In this document: positions 59,101 to 64,000 of the stretch, piece after piece
How positions within the stretch are numbered: position 1 is the stretch's first letter
How the letters are laid out: each line of letters begins with the position of its first letter
Assembly: GCA_030390025.1 (NCBI GenBank)
Contig: CM059432.1
Span: 33,668,001-33,732,000 of the forward strand
DNA from: Squalus acanthias
Lineage: Eukaryota
DNA length: 64,000 nt
Reading direction: 5' to 3'
The notes under the pieces: generated by a model
The model's input: the letters and a program-made list of their open reading frames with translations, nothing else
Databases searched by the model: none
What the model was told of the DNA's origin: nothing
Position numbers and translations under genes: made by a program

Positions 59101-61544
59101 TGTTGGAACTGGTGCCTTAAAAACATTGAACTAATGGCAGATTTATCATTGTTGTTATTAATTATCATTTTTGGTTGCATATTCATTCTTGTTGGCCATT
59201 TTGTGTGTCCTCCGGTGAAGAGGGGTGGTTGGGAGGGTGAATCCAACCCCTACGGATCTGGCTCTGAGTGACTGAGAGTCTAAGAAAGGCTGTCTCCCTA
59301 ACCACAAACTGGCTTTAATATTCAGATGTTAGACTTATATTACTACAAGCCAAATTCCAAACCCAAACATCATCTAAAAAGTGATCTCAAAAAGTTACAC
59401 ACCATTTCCTAATCCAGGGCTAACATTACAACAGATTCAATCCCCATTTGGAACACTATGTAAAGTATAGGATAATTATTACTCTTAAGAGGTTACAACA
59501 TAGGACAATGAAGATGATAGCTGGGCATCAGGAATCTAATGGCATTTTTATGCTGCCTGACTTAAGCTGCTATCTACTGCTCAGGAAAGAGCTGTGTACT
59601 GTGCTCACACACACACCTTCTTTCCCAGGGCAGGGAGGAGTGTCTGCACTATCTAAACATTTAAACCAACTCCTAATAAGTTTAAAAAGTACTTAGCAGG
59701 TCCAAGGACCCACCTCAGCACTTTTTAAACCAAGTTGGCTCCTACTTTGGCTCGGTGTCAATTTATGTCTGATTACGCTCCTGTAAAGTGCCTTGGGACA
59801 TTTTACTATGTTAAAGGCAATATAAGTGCAAGTTGTTGTTGTTGCTATACACTGCATGCAATGTCAAACGCAAGTGGTAAGAGACAACCTCCTTTAAAGA
59901 TGTCACACCATCTCTCCACAGTCAGGTTGAGGCCCAGATCCAAGGTAATACTTTAACGGTGCTGATGTTGGAGAACTAAACAAATCTTAATTTACGGAGA
60001 AAGGTTGACGAGGTTGGACTTACGTCATTGGAAAAGAGGGGACTTTGATGTGACCGAATAAAAGCTTTCAGAATGGTGAATGGGATTGATGCAGCTTATA
60101 CATAATTTAACAATTAGGAGCAAATAAGAAATTCAGTCAAAAATATTTTGCATAAAGGGTGGTAGACATCTGCAATGAGTTACCATGGATGACATCTGTA
60201 GCAAATAGATGGCCTGAAGAGGCAATTAGATGTGTTTCTGGAGAAAGAGTCATTGAGGGGGAAGGTGAGAAGGTTGCACTGAAATCAACCAAAATACCAC
60301 AAGTTTCTTGGGATAAGTGGTCTCTTCCTATTAGTAAATGTCATGTGCATTGTTTCCTGCCAAATACTTACCATAAGGATGTAAGGGTTTTTTAATAAGA
60401 GGAAAAGCTCATTAGTCCAACAAGCTATCCCCTTTTTAGATAGATAAGCCCCATTTTCCCCATCAAAATGTTCTGCAATCCTTTTTTCTCTAGATTCAAT
60501 TTTTTACTGAAGGTCTAGCCTGAGACTGAGGCTTTCCATAGGTGCGATCATGATGAAGTGGAAAGGGAGGATGTCATTAGTGGCCTCTTTCTCCATCCAG
60601 GGACTTAGCGCCCTTCTTGCTGCTACCCCAAGGACTACCACAAGGCTTCACCTGTTAGTCTTGGGGACTGGTGGGAAGAGCGGTGGACGGGAGGGAAATG
60701 GGGCCAGGAACCCTAGCCCCGCCTCCCCACCAGCATTTGCATGGAAAAGGGCAGCCAGCGGCAGTACAGGTGCAGGCCGGAGGAGGGAAATTATATTTGG
60801 GTCCTGGGGGCGGTTGTCGGAATTACCACTCAGTTTCCCCTGTTCTTTCTGCTGCTATCTCACCTGATTTGGGGCAGGATAGTGGAGGAAAATCCAGGCC
60901 CCGAACTGGTTCGGACAAAGGGTTTCCACCTGAAATGTTGACCTATCTTTTCTCTGAGGGGCCTGCTGCACACTTCTGGCACTTTCGATTTTTATTTCAG
61001 ATCTTCAGCACTCGTAGCTTTCCTTTTTTTAACCTCAATAAATTAAATGAGTAGTGGACGTACCAAACGTTTATGTGCAGAGTGACAGAGAGATAACATA
61101 GTGGGCAGTGATTAGCATAGTACATTGGCAGTTTCAATTGGGCTTTCAGAATGTGCAGGGATTTTAGAAGATGTAGGCCTATAGCCTGGGGCTATAGTTC
61201 AGCTATTTCAGCTGCTCTGGTGCTGGCAGCCACTCTGGATTCAACTGTGAATGCAGAACTGGAGAGCATGAGTAATACTAACAAGCCCCAAGCAAAATCT
61301 GAGATCAGAAGAAATTTATTTTTCTGCACAGTGCAAGGAACAGGCTCCTGGAAAATGTAGTCAATGCTTCCGTGATTAACTCTTTCTGCGACAACTTGCA
61401 TTTATATAGCCCCTTTCATGTAAAAATAATCTCAGACCAATTTATACAATATTACCCACAGAGTAGGATTACAGTGGGTGAAGGGCCACTTCCAATGGTC
61501 AAGTAGGAAGAGCAGGCGGGCGAACAGTAATCCAGAGTTGGCAG

Positions 61545-62102
61545 AACCGAGTGTCTTGCTCAGACCCCATGTGGAGCACGGCATTCGGTTCTGGGCACCG
61601 CACCTCAGGAAAGATATACTGGCGCTGGAGGGGAGCAGTGTAGATTCACCAGAATGATACTGTGGCTTGAAGGGTTAAATTATGAGGCCAAGTTGCATAA
61701 ACTTGGCTTGTTATACCTTGAGTATAGAAGGTTGAGGGCAATCTAATTGAGGCATTTAAAATGTTAAAAGGATTTGGCCAAGCGAAACTACTTCCTCTGG
61801 TAGGTGAATCCAGAACAAAGAGCCATAATCTTAAAATTAGAGCTAGGTCATTTAGGAGTGGAATCAGGAAGCTATTCTTCACACAAAGGGTAATGGAAGT
61901 TTGGAGCTCTCTGCCCCAAAAGGCTGTGGATGCTGGGTCAAATAAAATTTTCAAGAATGAGATCACTAGATTTTTGTTAGGTAAGGTTATCAAGGGGTAT
62001 GGATCAAAGTTCGATAAATGGAGTTGAGGTACAGATTAGCCATGCTCTAATTGAATGGCGGAGCAGACTTGAGGAGCTGAATGGCCTACTCCTGTTTCTA
62101 TG
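61545..62102 (+). mobile_element. CR1 3' fragment
   Basis: SRTKSHNLKIR..FFTQRVMEVWSSLPQKAV..KGYG; GAATGGCCTACTCCTGTTTCTATG tail. Confidence 0.85.
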
Positions 62103-63357
62103 AGTGGGTGGCTGGTAGATCAAGCTAGAGAAGATTGCTGAGGTATGGTTGAGTGAGAATGTGGAAAGATTTAAAAACAAGAACAAGGATCTTGAAGTCG
62201 ATGCACTGGGAGACAGGGAGTTTAAGGACAGGGATAAAGGGTGTGGTGATTTAATTTGAGAGCAAAGTTCCTGATTTTTAAAGGGTGGAGGAGGAGGTGG
62301 CTGCTGAGGAGGGCAGAAGAAAATGAATATCTTGTGAGGAAGGACTGAAGATTAAAGACCTAACTACTTGGTCATACAGAAGACCATAGTTGTTTCCCAG
62401 TATTGAATTGCCTGTTGACAGTCAATGTCCAGGCTCACAGATGGAAAATGGTCACTGGGGTGAGCTTTTGTAGAATTATCAGTGTCATGAAACCGTACTC
62501 CAGCACTAGTCAGGCCTGCAGGAGAGAAGTGAGGTATAAAAGGAAAGATAACTTTGCTTGCAACACGTGTTACCATGGTCCTCTACAGAGGATGGTGCAA
62601 TGATGTGGGCAGTGAATTAGCAGCAACGTGCAATGCTACCAATGATTTTTTAATCATTTTAACAAAAGCCTAAATACAAACAGCTTTGGAATTTTATTTG
62701 CGGCAGCAGATTTATGGGGTGTAATTTCTCTCAGTGATACCAGTAATAAACGCGGTGTGAAATTCCTTTGTGGGCTGCTCATTAACCCATTTGAAGTCAG
62801 AAAATGTCTTACATTTTCAGCTCAGCATGTTGATTTGACTAGTTTGTTACAAATATTGCTGAGACCATGTTCGACTCTCAGTGCCTACAACACAGATGGT
62901 TTCCTGCAGCTTGGCATGTTGCTGCTGAAGGACAATCTTGGTGTTAAAGCTTCCCCTGACTACACTGAGCCCGTCTGTGAACTTCCTAACACCCCAGCCC
63001 TGCTCCTTTTCGTATGGGTTGGCAATGTTTATTTAGGAAACTACTGCCTGGAAGTAATGCCTTGGGATACTACCACACAAACTCTTAATAGGTCTAAAAT
63101 TTATTCCTGCACTATCTTAGTGGAGCGGATACCCTGTTTAAAGTAAATATGTTAACATCTTACAATGTAATTTTAAGATCTATATACTTATCAAATATAA
63201 CAACATAGAGAGCATAGAACGAGAAAAGTCCATTCAGTCCATCAGGCCCACTCTTTTTATAGGCCATGTATAATCTACCTTATCATGGCTTTTACCCCCA
63301 CCCATTTAATCTCCGTCCAGAAGACCATGTGCAATCTACCATGAACTCTACAAAGTC

Positions 63358-64000
63358 AGCTTGCATTTATATAGCACCTTTCACAAGGCCAGGACATCCC
63401 AATGTGGTGCAAAACCAATTAAGTATTTTTAAGGTGTAGTCAATGTTGTAATGCAGGGAAGCGCAGCAGTCAGTTTGCACATTGCAAGGTCTCACAAACA
63501 GCAATGAGACTAATGACCAAATAATCTATTTTAGTGATGTTGGTTGAAGGATGAACATTGGCCAGGACAACACCCCTGCTCTTCTTCAAATAGTCCACCT
63601 GAGACGGCAGATGGTGCATCCGTTTAATGTCCCATCTGAAAGGCAGCACCTTTGACACTCCTTTTGTATGACGCTGAAGTGTACACCTAGATTACATGCT
63701 CAAGTCTCTGGGTGGGTCTAGAACCCATGACTTTCTGACTCAGAGACAATAGTATTACCACTGAGCCATGGTTGAAATATGAAAGGCATTAATGCAGAAT
63801 CAATTGAGGTGGTTAGAAAGTAAGGGTATTAAGGGATATGGAAAAAAGAAAGACTTGCATTTATATAGCGCCTTTCACGAACACCGGATGTCTCAAAGCG
63901 CTTTACAGTCAATGAAGTACTTTTTGAAGTGTAGTCACTGTTGTAATGTGGGAAAGGCGGCAGCCAATTTATGCACAGCAAGCTCCCACAAACAGCAATG
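63358..64000 (-). mobile_element. Two DeuSINE-like SINE copies (~63358-63770 and 63845 to window end)
   Basis: CTTGCATTTATATAGC tails, CACAAACAGCAATG body, and CCACTGAGCCA head on the minus strand. Confidence 0.78.

Overview
Non-genic, repeat-saturated vertebrate DNA. The repeat set (CR1 LINEs with (TTCTATGT/TATGATTC)n tails, DeuSINE-like and V-SINE-like SINEs, Penelope ends) points to a cartilaginous fish. Bases 1-25.9 kb are a 23-bp tandem satellite (GGACTGTATGAGGCTGTGTCTCT) carrying five insertions of one PIF/Harbinger DNA-transposon family. Two are ~0.89-kb non-autonomous elements and three are ~4.15-4.2-kb autonomous-type copies, each with a HARBI1-like DDE transposase and a convergent 3-exon Myb/SANT-like gene. 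The insertions have 12-bp TIRs (GGGGTARAAATT), make 3-bp TGT/TAT duplications and lie at the centre of a quasi-palindrome GANNC-TRT-RNNTC that is built into the satellite monomer. One short and one full-length element occupy the same paralogous site in opposite orientations. The best candidate for a new system is therefore a sequence-specific Harbinger family using a satellite as its landing array. The rest of the window holds a related 23-bp satellite, two decayed Harbinger families, several Harbinger-type MITEs, a 1.6-kb solo LTR, a near-intact full-length CR1, hammerhead-bearing Penelope ends and many SINEs, often nested. No host protein-coding gene could be supported.
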